NCBI GenBank assembly: GCA_035649235.1
Contig: DASRJX010000119.1
Span: 5,549 to 69,548 of the forward strand
Source: Candidatus Cryosericum sp.
GTDB lineage: Bacteria > Acidobacteriota > Polarisedimenticolia > Gp22-AA2
Direction of reading: 5' to 3'
Length of the DNA: 64,000 nucleotides
Positions 63,078 to 64,000 of this stretch are shown here, piece after piece. A program made the position numbers and the translations under genes. The notes under the pieces were generated by a model, which had not been told where the DNA came from, searched no databases, and was given only the letters and a program-made list of their open reading frames with translations. Position 1 is the first letter of the stretch. Every line of letters begins with the position of its first letter.

Positions 63078-64000
63078 TCACGCATCGTACTTCAACCCGG
63101 TTCCGGTGTTGAACAGAACGATCGCTTCCTCGCGCCCGACGCGCCCGCCCACCACCAGCGTCCGCAGCGCCGCGAGACACGCGCCGCCCTCGGGGCAGGC
63201 GTCGACTCCTTCCATCGCCGCCATCCGGCGCGCGTCGGCGGCGAGGGCGTCGTCGTCCACCGCGATTGCCTCGCCCTTGCTGGCCCGCAGGGCATCGAGG
63301 ATCAGGAAGTCGCCCAGGCTCGCGGGAACCCTGAGCCCCGAGGCGCGGGTCCTGGGGTCCTGCCAGGTCTCGGCGGTCCCGCGGCCTTCGCGGAACGCAC
63401 GGACGATCGGGGCGCATCCCGCGGCCTGCACGCTGATCATCCTCGGGCGCTCCTCCCCGATCCATCCGACGGCCTGCATCTCCTCGAACGCCTTCCACAT
63501 GCCGATGAGCCCGGTGCCGCCCCCCGTCGGGTACAGGATGACGTCGGGCAGCCGACCACCGAGCTGCTCGTAGAGTTCGAAGCCCATGGTCTTCTTCCCC
63601 TCCAGACGGAACGGCTCCCGGAGGGTCGACATGTCGAACCAGCCTCCCCGATCGGCCGGGCCGAGCGACTCTCGCATCCTGCGTCCCGCATCGGCGATCG
63701 ATCCCGGAACCACGGTCACGCTCGCCCCGAGCCGCCGCGCCTCGGCCAGGAAGGGCGCCGGCGTTCCCTCGGGCAGGAACAGACGGACCTCCAGGCCGGC
63801 CCTGGCGCCGTAGGCCGCCAGGGCGCTGCCGGCATTGCCGGCCGAGGGAGCGGCCACCACCGTCACGCCCTGCGCTGCCGCGACCGAGACCGCCACGGCC
63901 ATGCCGCGCGCCTTGAACGAGCCCGTCGGGTTGACCGCTTCATCCTTGATATGGAGCCGCGAGAGCCCCAGCTCGGCGCCGAGCCGGCGCGCCGGCAGGA
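63078..64000 (-). CDS. Threonine synthase-like PLP-dependent enzyme (TrpB/ThrC fold), 3' portion; N-terminus lies beyond the window end
   Basis: Frame open to the window edge. ...DEAVNPTGSFKARGMAVAVS... PLP-lysine motif, YPTGGGTGLIGMW glycine-rich loop. Confidence 0.7.
   Translation of the reverse strand, partial: LPARRLGAELGLSRLHIKDEAVNPTGSFKARGMAVAVSVAAAQGVTVVAAPSAGNAGSALAAYGARAGLEVRLFLPEGTPAPFLAEARRLGASVTVVPGSIADAGRRMRESLGPADRGGWFDMSTLREPFRLEGKKTMGFELYEQLGGRLPDVILYPTGGGTGLIGMWKAFEEMQAVGWIGEERPRMISVQAAGCAPIVRAFREGRGTAETWQDPRTRASGLRVPASLGDFLILDALRASKGEAIAVDDDALAADARRMAAMEGVDACPEGGACLAALRTLVVGGRVGREEAIVLFNTGTGLKYDA

Noticed and set aside
1-64000. CRISPR arrays, rRNA/tRNA genes, integrases, phage structural genes, toxin-antitoxin or known defence-system genes
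   Set aside because: No direct-repeat/spacer periodicity, no rRNA-like conserved stretches, no recombinase or phage hallmark motifs were seen in any frame.

Overview
This is a 64 kb, roughly 70 % GC chromosomal segment from a Gram-negative bacterium. The mix of PATAN/DUF4388 proteins, a Ser/Thr kinase, TPR/DnaJ proteins, GT-C glycosyltransferases and DUF4398 lipoproteins suggests Acidobacteriota or Myxococcota; this is inference only. It is densely coding on both strands and looks like core genome. No rRNA, tRNA, CRISPR array or prophage was recognised.

Contents from start to end:
- Oxidative-stress island (0.2-8.1 kb): Zn-ADH; a Bcp peroxiredoxin whose catalytic Cys codon is TGA, in an operon with a MacA/MacB/FtsX-type efflux system; a PerR-like Fur regulator coupled to a 2-Cys peroxiredoxin; a heme-oxygenase-like (PqqC/TenA) protein.
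- Two L,D-transpeptidases and a Pro/Ala-repeat secreted protein, then proC.
- Cu/Ag-type CusCBA RND efflux island with a NosL-like lipoprotein.
- A locus (20.6-35.3 kb) rich in GT-C-fold membrane glycosyltransferases: a divergent paralog pair, a TMTC-like TPR enzyme, and a third enzyme convergent with a UbiA-family decaprenyl-phosphate phosphoribosyltransferase-like gene. It also holds a GH63-like hydrolase, DoxX, DUF362, and a second TGA-recoded gene (a thioredoxin-fold UxxC protein).
- xdhC-like gene, HEAT lipoprotein, greA.
- System I cytochrome c maturation genes (ccmE-F-H-x-A-B-C-D), with a Cys-variant CcmE and no ccmG.
- LOG, lepB, a catalytically degenerate RAYT-like gene, YtxH/DUF948, nadB.
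- Three PATAN(DUF4388) proteins, two of which carry SPOR or DnaJ+TPR domains, plus a Ser/Thr kinase.
- APC permease, pgsA, miaA, a SpoIID/LytB+SPOR protein, folE, and the 3' part of a threonine-synthase-like gene.

Many long ORFs in the six-frame track are spurious high-GC frames that run antisense or out of frame to the genes above.
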